Assembly: GCF_009914755.1 (NCBI RefSeq)
Contig: NC_060947.1
DNA: 64,000 nucleotides
Source: the human T2T-CHM13v2.0 reference genome, Homo sapiens
Reading direction: 5' to 3' (one strand)
In this document: positions 29,991 to 46,399 of the stretch, in pieces
How positions within the stretch are numbered: the first letter of the stretch is position 1
Layout of the letters: every line of letters begins with the position of its first letter
Program-made: the position numbers and the translations under genes
The notes under the pieces: model-generated
Seen by the model: only the letters and a program-made list of their open reading frames with translations
Databases searched by the model: none
Told to the model about the DNA's origin: nothing

Positions 29991-32470
29991 GGAGGATAAT
30001 CACTTTATACAAGGGTATGCACTACTGATTTTGTCTGGTTCCTAGTGAAACACCGATATATAATCCAGATACTTTTAAGAAATCACTTGTGTATTTGTTT
30101 CTTTGATGAGGTACACTGATAGTAAATACATATATATATTGCAAGAACTGCTATGAAGGAATCAAGAAACGCAAATTTGGTTCATCTGTGACTGAGACCA
30201 ATCAAAAGGAAACAAAAAAAGTTGCCACTAAACAGGACTTTGAAGAAAGAGAGGCTAGTTTGGCTTAAAAGTTTAGATTTTTTTTTTCTGTTTTGAAAAA
30301 TCACTACTTAGGATTCTTGGTCTGATGAAGTTTGGTATCACCCTTTGAAATAATTGTCCTTCCCCAGTTGTCTGAAGAGTTTGGGATATAGGAGGAAAAG
30401 CCAAGCCTTTGAAAAGCTACTGTGGACAAAATGAATATTTAGAAGTCCACTTGAATTGGTTCCAGATTTTATAATGGAGGAAATGTTTGTTACGTTGGAA
30501 CTCTTTACACCTAGATCTTGTTCATTCTGGATATCAGCAAATTCAGAAGTGCTGACCCTATTGTATTATCAGGATGTTTGGACAGTATTGAATGTAGTTT
30601 TATAAGAAGAACTACTTTGCCCTTCAGTTGCCCTTATTATTCTCATTGTGAATAACCTCTATTTTCTAATATGTTAATATTAGAAAATGTTAGTTGAAAG
30701 AGATACTAGAACAGCTTCCTTCACCTTGTATTTTGTATTTCAATGCCAAGGTGCTGTAAGTATGTTATCACTATGCTAGAATATTTAATATATTGTAAAA
30801 ATATTTTAGAATTTATTTTACATTTTAACACGTTAATATTAAATGTGGGGAAAAAAAGGTCCAGAGGCACAGAACTTATTACATAGTTGGTGCTTAATAA
30901 ATATTTGTTCAGTGAATTTGTGTTTACAAATAAGATTAGACAAAAACCATAATATCATTAGCTTTTTGAAGGAAATGAAAGAAGTTGGCCACCAGCAGGA
31001 TCCTACAGTGGATTTCTATACGTTGTGAATAATAATTTTTCCCCAATAATGCCCAAGATAGACATTCTTTGTATTAACATTTTAATTGAATGATATTCAA
31101 CAGCAATAGGTAAGAGTTGCTACAGCTTATTTCATTACCTTTGTTCCCAAGATAGGTAAATGCCAAAACCTTTTTTCACTGTTAAACATTTGAAATTGAA
31201 TCTCTATTTCTTCTTCTACTTAATTGCTACCTATTTCTAATCTGTCCCTTCTCCTAAGATACTTTAGATAGCAGAATGAAAATGCATGAAACTCTAGCCA
31301 TGTCTCGTTATTATTAATGACTATTAAGCTTGAGAATTTCTCGTAGAATTGGAATCTGTAACTACTATATACATTTGTTGTATCAAGATAAGTGTGCTTT
31401 AAGTTATAATGGACTCAGGAATCTATATTTAAGTAATAAGGGTCCAGATTAACTACTCTTGATGACTAAATTGTCAAATACAAAGTGGTATAAATACACT
31501 GGAATTATAAAAATGACAGCTTTTTCTGCTATTCAACTCTGAAAATGTAATTATTAGATATAAGATTTATGAGTAAATCCTTGATTGATCTCTACAAATC
31601 AGATAGGCATTTAACAAATAAATTTTATAGTTTGTGTTAATGATTTTTGCCTAACAGTCCATGAAAGAAAAGGGTGTGAATGATCTCACAATTACCTTTG
31701 AAACAAAGTACAGATTTAGAAAGATTGAAATCTTGAAAAGACAGCTGTTCTGTGATTGGGGTTTAGACTATCTGTTGTCCAATTATCAGTTTTTCTCATC
31801 AGATACTTTTAGCAAATTAAGGACTTTTTTCTTTTCTTTGGGATGAGCGCTATGTTTGTTTAGAAAAATAGGATAAAATTAATAAATGATTTGGAGAGAT
31901 TCTATAAGGATAGAAGAAATGTAGTGATCTTCCTTTGCCAGACTTGATTATAGAACCTTAGAAACCTAGCACAGCCTGACCTCCTTCATGCAGAAGATGC
32001 AACCCAATCTTCTGATCCCATTTGAGTTACTTTGGCTACATTATACTGTTTCTCTCTCCCAAACTGTAGACTGTTTCAGGTTACCAGTTTTTAAATAAAG
32101 AACACTATCAAGTTGAGAAATATCAAAACCAATACAAAACAATTTGTTATTTTACAAATCATTGGACATTGAAGGAAAATAAATTTTCCTTTTTATTCTA
32201 CTTGTATCAGTTTGAAATGTGATTTGGGAATTATTATTTTCTACTACTGGCCATAATAGTAGATATATACAATTCATTTCACTGGCTTGGATCATATTCT
32301 TCCTAGTGATGAATATCTAACATACGGAAGATATTTGCAAGTGTGTAGAGGGCAGGGACTGCACTTTATTACTCTCTATAGCCCCACAGGCTAGCATAGT
32401 GCCAGGCATGTGTGTAGATATTCAGTAAAACACTTAATGAATGAAATTAAGAGTACTGTCTGTCTTCTGT

Positions 32471-32552
32471 ATAACCGGTCCACAAGAAAGTTAATGGAAC
32501 CATAGCTTTGATCTTATTAGTGCTACGTTTTAATCAACTGAGCTATGTAACC
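32471..32552 (-). pseudogene. tRNA-Ile-like relic (tRNA pseudogene or MamSINE1 head)
   Basis: Reverse complement ggttacatagctcagttgattaaaacgtagcactaataagatcaaagctatggttcc aligns by eye to tRNA-Ile(AAT); stems are degraded. Confidence 0.6.
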
Positions 32553-32929
32553 CATTTTTGGCTTCTTAAGCCTGGTACTTTCCAAAGGAAATAGTTGTTA
32601 CAGTGAAATTTTGGACAGAAAAGTGGAAAACTCTAGAACTTGTACAGGAATCTATGTATTAGCATATCAACATTGGTTTTAAAGATCAGCTCTCAACATT
32701 TTGAGAAAAAAACATAATTTTACAGACTGTGGTAAAACTGATTCCATTTGTATAATATGGTGTTGTTTTATTATGAGAGAATAACAAAATTTGCTGATAA
32801 GCAAAACTCAGCAACATAAACAACATAGATTCAGTGATATGGTTTCTGTTCATTGGACTTGTGTTCTTGAGGGCCTGAACTCTTGTTTTCAAAGATCAAT
32901 TTTTATGAGCACTTAAAGAAATGCTTTGA

Positions 32930-33470
32930 TATTGCAGCACTATTTACAATAGCCAAGATATGGAATCAGTCATCAAAAGATGAATGGATAAAGAAAATGT
33001 GGTATGTGTACACAATGGAATACTATACAGCCTTAAAAAATGAAATCCTGTCATTTGTAGCAACATGGATGAAACTAGAGGATATTGTGTCAAATGAAAT
33101 AAGCAAGGCACAGAAAGACAAATGTCACATGTTCTCACTCATGTGGGAGCTAAAAAAGTGAATCTCATGAAGATAGAGAGTAGATTGGTGGTTATCGGAG
33201 GCCAGGAAGGGGAGGGATGAAGAGAAGTTGTATAAGGGGCACAAAAATACAGTTAGACAGAAGAAATAAGCTCTAGTATACAATAATACAGTAGTGAATA
33301 ACTTACAGCTAAAAGAATTGTAATCTTCTCAACACAAAGAAAAATAAATATTTGAGATGACAAATATCCTGATTACCCTGATTTAATCATTACATATTAT
33401 ATACAGTTATCAAAATATCACATTTATCACAAAAATATGTACAACTATGATACATCAATTTTTAAAAAAG
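32930..33470 (+). mobile_element. L1MA 3' end fragment
   Basis: IAALFTIAKIWNQ...WIKKMWY ORF2 tail followed by an L1MA-type 3'UTR. Confidence 0.85.
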
Positions 33471-34065
33471 GAAGTGAATTTTTTTCTCAGGCAAAAGATG
33501 ATATTTTAATCTATCTTTGAAAAAAATGCCATCCTTCACATTTTCCAAAATCTTGTTTAATATGAGAAAAGCTTCTGGTCCTGTGTATGTTTTAAATATT
33601 CCCTTCACTTTCTATTCCCTAACACACTGAAAATCGGGAGATTAAATATCTATGATAAATTCTGAACATGACCACATCTATATTGCTTATAATAAATGGC
33701 TAACTTTACATCTGAATGTTTTGTGGTCCTTTAGAAAGATAACTTACAAAGTCACTAATTTTAATTTGAAAGGTTTGGAATTCGCTGGCGCATTATAAGA
33801 GACCCTTTCCAATATTTTAAGGATAGAAAAAAGCTAAAGGGAAAAAGAGGCTCAACAAGGCCTGCTGTAGCAACAGAAACACACAACACCACACAAAAAA
33901 GCACACACACTAAAAGGGTTTCTTTCTTGTTCCACAAAGGAAGTTTGATTGTTCTTCCTTGGAGTTTCAGGGTACATATTTTGTGGTTTTCAACAGAGTA
34001 ACAAGTAGAAACACTTAATTTGGGAATGTGCATGGGTTTTCACTAGTTTTTAAACATAAGTATGA

Positions 34066-34405
<340 letters not shown>

Positions 34406-34441
34406 TTACAGATTTTGAATTGTATTTAGTTGTAGTTAAGC

Positions 34442-34529
34442 TTTTTTAAGACTAGGTAAGTTCAGTAGTGAGAAGTGGGGAAAGAGTAGAATAAGCAGTT
34501 CAATCTGTAACTGAGTGAATAATCAATTG
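34442..34529 (-). pseudogene. 5'-truncated Y1 RNA (RNY1) retropseudogene
   Basis: aagactaggtaagttcagtagtgagaagtggggaaagagtagaataagcagttcaatctgtaactgagtgaataatcaattg is the reverse complement of the 3' three-quarters of hY1; short poly-T; degenerate TSD tgtagttaagcttt / tgtacttaagtttt. Confidence 0.9.
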
Positions 34530-34555
34530 TACTTAAGTTTTGAATCTGTAATGTC

Positions 34556-34718
34556 CAGTGGTGAGCTTGTTCAGTCAGTTGTACACATTTCATCCCAATT
34601 CCACATTCACGTGGCTATGGTGGGAGTATTTACACCATGGAAACTGGCACACACTACACATTAGGGCTTTCTCCAACCCTGAGAGCAGATTTCTAAACAT
34701 TTACTACTGCACCCATGA
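34556..34718. mobile_element. MER63-like hAT-Blackjack MITE
   Basis: cagtggtgagct start and gggagtatttacaccatggaaactggcacacactaca core. Confidence 0.65.
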
Positions 34719-34779
34719 ATGTGCCTATTTAATTTTCACTTTTACAGTTAAATAACAGCTTTAGGTTTCATTGAAGATA

Positions 34780-34950
34780 ACTAGTGTAGAATGGTGAAGA
34801 GCAGAGATACCAGAGCCAAACTATCTGGGTACAAATACCATTTCTTCACTTACTAGCTTGTGTTACCCTAGGCAGTTAGTCAAACTTATCATTAATGGGG
34901 ATAGTAGCAATGCCTACCTTATAGGGTTGACGTGAGGATTAAATATGTTA
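34780..34950 (+). mobile_element. MIR
   Basis: tagtgtagaatggtgaagagc...cacttactagc...atagggttgacgtgaggattaaat. Confidence 0.7.
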
Positions 34951-37900
34951 AGGGTCTGTTTTATAGATAAATCTTATCTGGCAACCTCAGAAATCCAGTG
35001 CATAGCCAGGATTCAGGAAATAAACAAAAACATCACTGAGCCACCAATGTAAATGTCAGACAGAGGGTACTTGCCCTGAAGCCCCCAAGCTTTCTCTAGA
35101 AGCTAATTTTACTCTTTCTGTAGAACCAAGCTTGATTGTCTTTTCTGAGCCAAAGGGATATTAGAAGCATGACATCACACAAAAAAAAAGAGAGAGAGGA
35201 GAGATGCTGCTAGAAGCAACAACTGAAGTGAGAACCTTCCTCCCTCAAAGAAAATTATCCAATGTGAGAACTCAAAAATGAGTCAGACTGCTTGATTGCT
35301 AAGATCTGTTCCATTTCCAAAAATTTATGACAAGAGTGAAAAATTGCAACAGTTTAGAAACAAATAATCTTACTACTATGTTAAATAATGGCATACAAAG
35401 ATAATCCACTGTCAATAATAAATCATAATCAGTATCTATTAGTTAAGAAAATAGGACAGGGAGCAAGATGGCCAAATAAAACCCACCAGTGATCATCCCC
35501 TCCATAGGAACACCAAATTGAACAACTCCCCACACAAGAAAGCATCTTTGTAAGAATCAAAAATCAGGTGAGCAGTAACAGTGCCTTGTTTTAACATCAT
35601 ATTAAGGAAAGAGGCACTGGATAGGATAGGAAAGATAGTCATTAATTTCTTACACCACCCCTCCCTCATCCCCTGGTGGTGCAGCTTGGCACAGAGAGAA
35701 AATCTGTGTGTTTAGGGGAAGGAGAGCACAGTGATTGTGGGACTTTGCATCAGAACTCAGTGCTACCCTGTCACAGAGGAAAACAACATGGGGCATAATT
35801 GTGCCCATACCCATGGAGGGAGCATTTAGACCAGCCCTAGCCGGAGGAGAATTGTCCATCCCTCTGGCAAGCCTCACCACTGTGAGCTAAAGTGCCCTGG
35901 GGTCCTAAATAAATACGAAAGGCAGTCTAGACCAAAAGGACTGCAATTTTGAGGCAAGTCCTGGTGGTTCTGTGCTGGGCTCAGAACCAGAGGACTTGCG
36001 GTGCATATGGCCAAGAAAGCGTTTGCATCACCCCTCCCCCAACTCCAGGCAGTACAGCTCACAGCTCTGGGAGGAGAGGAAAGATTAAAGTGGACTTTGT
36101 CTTAACATTTGGATACCAGCTCAGCCACAGTAAAATAAAGCACCAAGCAGAGTCCTGAAGCCCACACTCCAGGCCCTAGATCCTGGATGACATTTCTAGA
36201 CACACCCTGGGCCAGAAGGGAACCCACCAATTTGAAGGAAAGGACCCAGTTCTGGAAGGATTCATCACCTGCTGACTACAGAGCCCTTGGACCTTGAATA
36301 AACATTATTAGTAGCTAAGCAGTACTCACCATGAGCCTTGGGCAAGGCTTCAGGTGTGACCCAGCACATTCCCAGCTGTAGTGGCCAAGGGGAGAGACTC
36401 CTTTTCTCTGCTTGAGGAAAGGAGAGTGAAAAGTAAAAAGGACTTCACCTTGCAATTTGGGTACCAGTTCAGCCACAGTAAAATAAAGCACCGAATAGAT
36501 TCCTAAAGTTCCTGACTCCAGACCCTACCTCCCAGACAGCATTTCTAGACCCACCCTGGGCCAGAAGGGACACCACCACCCTGAAGGGAAAGACACAAGC
36601 CTGGCTGGATTCACCACCTGCTGATTAAAGAACCCTTGGGCCTTGAACAAACAGCAATACTCACCATAAGCCTTGGGCAAAACCCAGAACTATGCTGGTT
36701 TCTGGTCTAATGCAGCTCAGTCCCAGCAGTGGTGGCCACAGGGGTGCTTGCATCACCTCTCCTCCAACTCCAGGCAGCACAGCATGGTGAGAGAGATTCC
36801 TTTTGTTTGAGAGAAAGTAAGGGAAGAGAACAACACATTCTGCCTGGTAATCCAGGGAATTCTCCTAGATATTACCCAAGACCACCAAAACAGTACCTCT
36901 ACTAGTCTGCAAGAGCCACAGCGTTACTGGGCTTGGGGTGCCCCCTAATGCATATATGGCTAAAGTGACCAAAAACTTAGATCACAACACTCAATTCCCT
37001 TTGAATGCTTGAAAAGCATTCTCAAGAAGGACAGGTATAAACAAGCCCAGACTGTGAATATTATAATACCTATCTCTTCAGTGCACAAGCACCAAGAAAT
37101 ATCCACAAGCATCCAGATCATCCAGGATAACATTACCTCAGAAAATGAAATAAAGAAGGAACCAGTGACCAATCCCAGAGTAACAGAGATATGTGACCTT
37201 TTAGACAGAATTCAAAATAGCTGTTCTGAGGAAGCTCAGTGAAATTCCAGATAACACAGAGAAGGAATTCAGAATTCTATCAGATAAATTGAACAAAGAG
37301 ATTGAAATACTTTAAAAAAATCAAGCATAAATTCTGGAGCTGAAAAATGCAATTGATATACCGAAGAATGCATCAGAGTCTTTCAACAGCAGAACTGATC
37401 AAGCAGAAGAAAAAAGTATTGAGCTTGAAGAGGGGCTGTTTGAAAATACACAGTCAGAGGAGACAAAAAAAGAATAAAATAGAATGAAGCACACCTACAA
37501 CATCTAGAAAATAGCTTCAAAAGTACAGATCTAAGAGTTATTTGCCTTAAAGAGGTGGTAGAGAGATCGAGATAGAAAGCATATTCAAAGGAATAATATT
37601 ATAACACTGTAGTTGTGGTGTGTGAACTACTCATACCTTGAGTAGGAAGACTAAGAGATGAACCTATCAAAAATAATAACTGCAAGTTTTGAAGACATAG
37701 ACAGTATAATAAGATATGAATAGAAACAATAAAAATGTAAAAAGCCATGGAGGGGATAAAGTTAAAGTATAGAGTTTCAATTAGTTTTCTCTTTGTTTGT
37801 TTGTTTGTTTTAGCAATCACTGTTGTCATCAGTTTGAAATAATGCAATATAAGATGTTATCTATAACATTCATGGTAGCCTCAAATCAATGAACCTAGAA

Positions 37901-38656
37901 CAGATACACCAAAAAATAAAAAGCAAGAAATTAAAACATACCACCAGAGACAATCACCTTCACAAAAAGAAGACAGAGAGGGAACAAAGGAAGAGATCAC
38001 AAAACAACCAGAAAACAAATAATAAAATGGGAAGGGAGTAAGAACTTATCAATAATAACATTGAATTTAAATAGAATAAACTTTTCAATCAAAAAACATA
38101 GAATGGCTGAATGCATTAAAAAGCCCCAACTAGCTGCCATCCTTAAGAAACACACTTCACCTATAAGGACACACATAGACTGAATATAAAAGGATGGAAA
38201 AAGATATTCCATGCAAATAGAAAACAACAAAGAGGAGTAGCTATACTTATATCACACAATATAGATTTCAAGACAAAAACTATAAAAAGAGATAAAGAAG
38301 GTCATTATATAATGATAAGAGGATCAATTCAGCAAGAAGATAGAACAAGTGTATATATGCACCCAAAGCTGGAGCACCCAGGTGTATAAAGCAAATATTA
38401 TACAAACTAGAAGGTGGGATATAGACCCTGATATAATAATAGCTGGAGACTTCAACACCCTACTTTCAGCATTGGACAGATCATCCGGACAGAAAATCCA
38501 CAAAGAAATATCACACTTAATGTGCAGTAGAGAACAAATGGACCTAATAGATATTTACAGAACATTTCATCCAACAGCTACAGAAGACACAATTGTCTCT
38601 TTGGCACGTGGATCATTCTCAAGGATAAACCATATGTTAAGTCATAAAACAAATAA

Positions 38657-38846
38657 TTTTTTTCTTTTTTCTTTTTTTTCAGACAAGTTCTCACTCTGTT
38701 GCCCAGGCTGGAGTGTAGTGGCATGATTTCGGCTCACTGCAGCCTAAACCTACCAGACTTGAAGGGAACCTTCCACCTCAGCCTTCCAAGTAGCTGGGAC
38801 TACAGTGGGACTACAGGCACATGCCACCACACCTGGCAATGTTTTC

Positions 38847-38883
<37 letters not shown>

Positions 38884-39000
38884 TAGCGACAGGGTCTCAC
38901 CATATTGCCCAAGCTGTTCTCAAACTCCTTGGCTCAAATGATCTGCCACCTTGGCCTCCCAAAGTGCTGGGATTACAGGTGTGAGCCAGCATGCCCAGCC
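38657..39000 (-). mobile_element. AluJ nested in the L1MA
   Basis: Reverse Alu dimer with an expanded (~30 nt) mid-poly-T; host ORF2 resumes after 39000. Confidence 0.9.
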
Positions 39001-40170
39001 AAAATTTTTTTTAAATTGAAATATCAAGCATCTTCTCTAACCACAATGGAATAAAACTAAGTCAATAATAACAGAAACTTTGGAAACTATACAAATACAT
39101 GGAGATAAACAGTATGCTCCTGAATGACCAGTGGGTTAATGTAGAAATTAAGAAGAAAATTTTAAAATTTCTTGAAACAAGTGGAAATGAAAACAAAATG
39201 TAACAAAACCTATGAGATATAGCAAAAACAGTACTAATAGGAAAGTTTATAAAAATGAGTGCCTACATCAAAAATGTAGAAAACCTTCAAATTAACAACC
39301 TAATAATAGAACTAGAAAAGCAAGAGCAAACCAAATGGAAAATTAGTAGAAGAAAAGAATTAATAAAGATCAGAGCAGAAATAAATTGAAATAAAAAAAC
39401 ACAAAACATCAATGACATGAAAAGTTGTTTTCTTTAAAAAATAAATAAAATCAACAAACCTTTAGCCAGAATAAAGAAAAAGAGAAAACCCAAATAGATA
39501 AAGATGAAAAATGGGACATACAACCAATACCACAGAAATTCAAAGAATCCCTGGAGACTACTGGGAGCAGCTATACGCCAATAAATTGGAAAACGTTGAA
39601 GAAATGGATAAATTCCTAGACACACAGAACCTTCCATGATTGGATCAGGAAGAAAACCAAAACCTGAATAGACCAATAACAAGTAATGAGAAGAAAGCCA
39701 TGACAAATAGTCCCCCAGTAAAGAAAAACCTGGAACCCAATGACTTCACTGCTGATTTTTGCCAAACGTTTAAAGAAGAACTAATGCCAACCCTACTGAA
39801 ACTATTCTGAAAAAACGGAGCAGGAAGAAATACTTCCAGACTCATTCTATGAGGCCAGTATTACCCTGATACCAAAACCAGACAAAGACATATCGAAAAA
39901 AAAAAGGAAACTACTACAGGCAAGTCTCTCTGATGAACATCAATGCAAAACCTCAACCAAATATTAACAAACCAAATTCAGCAACACATTAATAGGGTAA
40001 TTGATCATGATCAAGTGGGATTTATCCTAGGGATGCAAGGATAGTTATACATAAATCAATCAATGTCCTACATCCTATCAACACAATGAAGGACAGAAAG
40101 CATATAATTCCAATTGATGCTGAAAATCATTTGATAAAGTTCAACATCCTTTCACGATTAAAAACCCTAA

Positions 40171-42192
<2,022 letters not shown>

Positions 42193-44704
42193 AAAAACCC
42201 TAAAAAATCTGTGTATGCAAGGAACATACCTCATTGCAATAAAAGCTATATGTGACAGATCCACAGCTCAGTATCATATTGAATAGGGAAAAACTGAAAG
42301 CCTTTCCTTTAATACCTGGAACAGGACAGATATATCCACTTTTACCACTGTTATGCAACGTAGTACTGGAGGTCCTAGCTAGAGACATCAGACAAGAGAA
42401 AGAAGGGCAACAAAATTGGAAAGGAAAAAGTCAAATTATCCTTGTTTGCAGATAATATGATCTTATAGTTTGAAAAACCTAAAGGCCCCACAACAAACTA
42501 TTAGAACTGATAAATTCAGTAAAGCTGCAGAATGCAAAATCAACATATATAAATCAGTAGTATTTCTAGATGCCAATGGCACACAATCTGAAAAAGAAAT
42601 CAAGTAAGTATTCCCATTTACAATAACAACAAATAAAATAAAGTACTAGGAGGAAACCTAACCAAAGAAGAGAGCTCTACAATGAAAACTGTAAAACAAT
42701 GATATAAGAAATTGAAGATGGCACAAAAAGATGGAAAGATATTCCATGTTCATGGATTGGAAGTTTCAATTTTATTAAAAGGTTCATACTACCCAATGCA
42801 ATCTACAGATTTAATGCAATCCCTATTAAGATATAATACCAATGACATCATTCACATAAATAGAAAAAATAATTATAGAATTTATATGAAACCACAGAAG
42901 ACCCAGAATAGCCAAAGCCATCCTGAGCAAAAAGAACAAAACTAGAGGAAACATATTACCTGACTTTAAATTATACTACACAGTTATAGTAACCAAAGAA
43001 GCATGGTACTGGCATAAATACAGACATATAGACCAAAGAAAAATAATAGAGAATTCAGAAATAAATCTATACATTCACAGTGAGCTTATTTTCAACAAAG
43101 TGCCAAGAACATACATTGGGGAAAAGATAGGCTCTCCGATTAATGCTGCTGGCAAAACTGCATATCCATGTGCAGAAGAATGAAACTAGACCCGTATCTC
43201 CTGCCATATACAAAAATCAAATCAAAATGGAATGAAGACTTAAATCTAAGACCTCAAAATATGAAACTACTAAAAGAAAACACTGGGGAAACTCTCCAGG
43301 ACATTGGACTGAGCACAGATTACCTGAGCAATACCCCACCACAAGTACAGGTAACCAAAGCAAACATGAAGAAAGGAGATCACATCAAGCTAAAAAGCTT
43401 CTACCAGCAAAGAAAACAATCAGCAAGTAGAAGAGACTACCCATAGAATGGGAGAAAATATTTGCAAACTATTCATCTGACAAGGGATTAATAACCAGAA
43501 TACTTAAGGAGCTGAAATCACTAAATAGGAAAATATCTAATAATCCGATTAAAAATGGACAAAAGATCTGAATAGACATTTCTCAAAAGAAGACATACAA
43601 AAGGCAAACAGGTATATGAAAAGATGCTCAACATAATTGATCATCAGAAATGCAAATAAAAACTACAATGAGATATTATCTCATCCCAGTTAAAATGGCT
43701 TTTATTCAAAAGTCAGGCAATAATGAATGCTGGCGAGGATGTAGAGGAAAGGGAACCCTTGTACACTGTTGGTTGGAATGTAAATTACTACAGCCACTAT
43801 GTAGAACAATATGGAGGTTCCTCAGAAAACTAAAAATAGAATTACCGTATAATCCAGCAATCCCACTGCTAGGTATATACCCAAAAGAAAGGAAATCAGG
43901 ATATCAAAGAGATGTCTACACCCCCGTGTTTATTGCAGCACTATTCTACAATAACCATGATTTGGAAGCAACCTAAGTGTCCATCAAGAGACAAATGGAT
44001 AAAGAAAATGTGGTACTTACACACAATGGAGTACTATTCAGCCATAAAGAAAAATGAGTTCCTGTCATTTGCAACAACACATATGGAACTGGAGAATTAT
44101 TATGTTAAGTGAAATAAGCCAGGCACAGAAAGACAAACTTTGCATGTTTTCCACTCATTTATGAGAGCTAAAATTTTAAACAGTTGGAGATAGATATCAG
44201 AAGGATGGTTACCAGAGGCTGGGAAGGGTAGAGGTGGGTAGAAAGAAATTGGGGATTATTACTGGGCACAAAAATATAGTTAGATAGAATGAGTAAGACC
44301 TAGCATTTTATAGCACAAAAGGGTGACTGTAGTCAACAATAACTTAATGTACATTTTAAAATAACTAAAAGCATAACTGGAATGTTTGTAACACAAAGAA
44401 AATAAAAATGCTTGAAGTGATGGATACCCCATTTACCCTGATGTGATTATTACAGATTGTATGTCTGTATCAAAATATCTCATGTAACCTAGAAATATAT
44501 ACACCTGACATGCACCCATAAAAACTAAAAATTTTATAAAAAGAATAAAAAATTTAGGAAAATATAGATTACTTTTTCGAGTGTTCATTCAAAATTGTTA
44601 AAACTAAGTATTTGTGTAAAACCTTTTGTTACCTATAAATTTTACTTTTATGGAACATCTAATTCCTAAAAATAGCAGATAAAGGCATTACTGTCATTAA
44701 GAGA

Positions 44705-45309
44705 CTGTTAACTCAAACAATTAAATAGCAAAACAACAAATAATCTGATTTTACAATGGGCAAAAGACCTGAATAGACAGTTCTCAAAAGAAGCATACAA
44801 ATAGCCAACAGTTACATGAAAAAATATTCAACGTCACCAATCATCAGGAAAATGCAAATCAAAACTGCAATGTGATATCACTTCACTCCAGTTAGGATGG
44901 CTATTATAAAAGAGACAAAAAACAAACAAATACTGGCAAGGATGTGGAGAAAAGGGAACTCTTATATACTTACTGTTGGTGGGAATGTAAATTAGTCCAG
45001 CCATATTGGAAAACAGTATGGAGAGTTTTTAAAAATGTTAGAAATACAATTACCATATAATCTGGCAATTCAATTACTGGGTATCTATCCAAAGGAATGG
45101 AAGTCAGTTTGTCCAAGAGATATCTGCCCTCCCATGTTTATTTTAGCACTATTCACAACAGCAAAGATATGGAATCAAGCTAAGTATCCATCAATGGATG
45201 AATGGATATAGAAAAAGTCACACGTGTATACAATGGAATACTATTCAGCATTTAAAAAGCAGCAAATCGTGTCATTTGCAGCAGTGTGGATGAACCTGGA
45301 GGAAATTAA
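44705..45309 (+). mobile_element. L1MA-type ORF2 C-terminal fragment
   Basis: Degenerate ORF2 end finishing at ggatgaacctggaggaaattaag. Confidence 0.8.
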
Positions 45310-46060
45310 GTGCCAAAAGCAATTGCAACAAAAGCAAAAACAAAAACAAAAGTTGGCAAATGCAACCTAATTAAATTAAAAAGCTTTTGCATAGCAAAAG
45401 AAACTATCAACAGAGTAAACAGACAACCTACAGAATGGGAGAAAATATTTGCAAACTATGCATCCAACAAAGGTCTGATATCCGAAATCTTTAAGGAACT
45501 TAAATTAACAAGCAAAAATCCAACAACCCCATTAAAAACTGGACAAAGAACATGAATAGACACTTTTCAAAAGAAGACATACATGCAGCCAACAAATGAA
45601 ACATATGAAAAATTACTGAACATCACTAATCAGATTACTAGAGAAATACCAATCCAAATCACAATGCAATACCATCTCCCACCAGTCAGTATGGCTATTA
45701 TTAAAAAGTCAAAAAATAACAGATGTTAACAAGGTTTTAGAGAAAAGGGAGCGCTTATACACTGCTCGTGGGAATGTAAATTAGTTCAGCCATTGTGGAA
45801 AGCAGTTTGCTGATTTCTCAAAAAACTCAAAGCAGAATTGCAATTTGACACAGCAATCCCATTATTGGGTATATACCCAAAGGAATATAAATCATTCTAC
45901 CATAAAGACACATGCACATGTATGTTCATCACAGCACTATTTACAATAGCAAAGTCATGGAATCCACCTAAATGCCCATCAATGGTGGACTGAATAAAGA
46001 AAATGTGGTGCAAATACACCATGGAATATTATACAGCCATAAAAAAAGAATGAGATCATG
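45310..46060 (+). mobile_element. L1PA15/16-like fragment, first part
   Basis: PKAIATKAK...[31 protein letters not shown]; breaks at aagaatgagatcatg. Confidence 0.85.
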
Positions 46061-46399
46061 TATGATCTCATGAGTACTCAGATACAGCCACATAGGACTA
46101 TTGTCATTCACTTTTCTTAACTGTTCATTCTGATCTTTCTGCCTAAAATACCCATATTTGCTCTGACACTCCCTGTCCTCTGCTTATCTATGTATTACTT
46201 AAGTCCCAGCTCAAATGATGCTTCTATACAGGTTCCCCAAGCTCCAAGTGAGAGAATAAATGTTTCCTCTTTGGTCCCCTGTCACTTGGTTTCTAACCTC
46301 TATCTAGTATTTCATTTTACTTTGCATCTCAATTGGCATGCCTCTCTAAATTAAGAACTTTTTTATTTTGGGCAGACACTGTCTTTTTTTTTTTAAAGA

